From IMG/VR virus record IMGVR_UViG_3300020442_002570, positions 1 through 37,113 of that record: 37,113 nt of DNA; one strand, given 5' to 3'. The notes under the pieces are model-generated. The model saw only the letters and a program-made list of their open reading frames with translations, did no database searches and was not told the DNA's origin. The position numbers were made by a program, and so were the translations under genes. The stretch comes from a virus (lineage: Duplodnaviria > Caudoviricetes). This document shows, piece by piece, positions 35,917 to 37,113 of this stretch; position 1 is the stretch's first letter, and the number at the start of each line of letters is the position of its first letter.

Positions 35917-37113
35917 TTAATCCAGGATAAGGTTAAATAGATAGGCTAATTCTTCCACGTCACCAGTAAGTATACTTTCCACCTCACCAGCACTGTTTAC
36001 CCAGTTACTTCCGTTCCACGTTTCAACACGCTCTAGCTCTGTATTATATCTAGTATTTCCTACTTCCGGACTTGTAGGACGTTGTGATGAATTACCTTGT
36101 GGAGGCACAATACCATTTACATTATCAAATTTTAAGTATGCTTGTGAATTGGTATTTGTAAGATTAAAGATAAAATTACTGTTAGAATTATTAAATAGAT
36201 CATTTGTAGCAAATTGTAAATCACCGATAATTGTTTTACCTGTACCGTTGGATTTAAGTTGGAAAGTGCCATCTTGTTGATCTGTACTTACAACATTTCC
36301 GTCTATGCTAAATTTATGATCAGAACTAAATCCTCCACTTTCTAAAAGTATTCCGTTAAGTGTGTGATTTGTTTGTCCACCTGTAACAAAATTAAATTGA
36401 TTATTTGAAAGATTGAGATATGTGTCTCTGTCAGTATCGTAAATTCCTTGTAAACTTACAGCACCAGCAGTTGATGTTCCTTCAAAAGCACTGATGTTTG
36501 TGTTATATCTAATACCAGCAAGTGTAGCTGGACGTTGTGCTGTCTCTCCTACAGGAATTTTTATATTGTTTGTACTATCTACTTGTAGATCTTCTGTAGG
36601 AGCAAAAGTAAGATCGCCAGTATCATTTGATATAGTTGCACCTTTAAAATTAAGTTCATCAAATTTAACCTTTCCTGATCCTTGAGCTTGTAAAGTTAGA
36701 TTTCCATCGCTTTGATTTGAACTTATATTTGCTAGAGAAAATCTTACACTGTCAACATCTGCAGATTGCGTATGCACTTCTTTCCATCTAGCTGTCGAAG
36801 TTCCTAAATCTCCTGCGCCTGCCAGATATGATCCTGCTGTGTGACCAAGCCATGTCCAACCGTTTGTATCTGCTAATATTAATCTATCACCTTGTGCTTG
36901 AGATACATACGTAATTTTGATAGCATTTGTTAAGCCATTTTCATTGTGCCATGAAAGAGTAAGTCCTGGCACATTTAAATTTGCTATTCCTACAAAATAG
37001 TTTCTATTATCTTCACCAGTGGCATTGTAAGTATATGTTATGCCATTTGCTGTAAGTGTATATGTTTTAGGATAATTAAAACTAGGATCACTAATTGTTC
37101 CAAGTAAAACTAA
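35917..37113 (-). CDS. Fibre/structural protein, C-terminal part (5' end outside window); paralog of the C-terminal half of 32059..35778
   Basis: The frame stays open upstream of the track's 36972 start to the window end (LVLLGTISDPSFNYP...). IPVGETAQRP..GIRYNT..GIYDTDRDTY parallels IPKGTTAQRP..GMIRYNT..GVYDDDRDTY. Confidence 0.85.
   Translation of the reverse strand, partial: LVLLGTISDPSFNYPKTYTLTANGITYTYNATGEDNRNYFVGIANLNVPGLTLSWHNENGLTNAIKITYVSQAQGDRLILADTNGWTWLGHTAGSYLAGAGDLGTSTARWKEVHTQSADVDSVRFSLANISSNQSDGNLTLQAQGSGKVKFDELNFKGATISNDTGDLTFAPTEDLQVDSTNNIKIPVGETAQRPATLAGIRYNTNISAFEGTSTAGAVSLQGIYDTDRDTYLNLSNNQFNFVTGGQTNHTLNGILLESGGFSSDHKFSIDGNVVSTDQQDGTFQLKSNGTGKTIIGDLQFATNDLFNNSNSNFIFNLTNTNSQAYLKFDNVNGIVPPQGNSSQRPTSPEVGNTRYNTELERVETWNGSNWVNSAGEVESILTGDVEELAYLFNLILD

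Noticed and set aside
949-36685. All plus-strand ORFs and the short nested minus-strand ORFs in the track
   Set aside because: They lie antisense to, or out of frame within, long motif-bearing minus-strand genes, and show no recognisable domains. They are codon-bias shadows.
1-37113. CRISPR arrays, tRNAs, rRNA, IS elements, introns/inteins, stop-codon recoding
   Set aside because: No spaced nucleotide repeats, cloverleafs, transposase, homing-endonuclease or intein motifs were seen. Genes tile the window intact under the standard code.

Overview
This window is a 37-kb piece of a large AT-rich tailed dsDNA phage, most likely a T4-like myovirus or jumbo phage. The basis is T4-type late promoter boxes (xATAAATA), a T4 gp9/gp10-type baseplate N-terminus and a tail-fibre assembly chaperone. 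The host cannot be determined from this window. All 26 credible genes lie on the minus strand; the plus-strand ORFs are antisense shadows. Reading in transcription order (right to left), the window holds: (1) giant fibre/baseplate proteins with lectin, beta-helix, CBM5/12-like and Asp-box modules; (2) three tandem paralogous Gly/Cys-rich fibre-tip proteins, each with 29 Cys, plus a chaperone and a terminator; (3) a separately promoted, translationally coupled 11-gene tailoring-enzyme operon (GT9-like glycosyltransferase, five 2OG-Fe(II)/DSBH oxygenases, carbamoyltransferase, flavin-dependent halogenase, SGNH-like protein, GmhB-like phosphatase, one unknown); and (4) further virion genes, including a >1446-aa protein absent from the ORF track. 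The best novelty candidates are a late-expressed virion-decoration pathway next to Cys-rich adhesins, phycobiliprotein-like 'CxRD' helical domains in virion proteins, a type-1 copper site on a baseplate-anchored protein, and a structured RNA leader. All functional calls come from motifs recognised by eye; no database searches were run.
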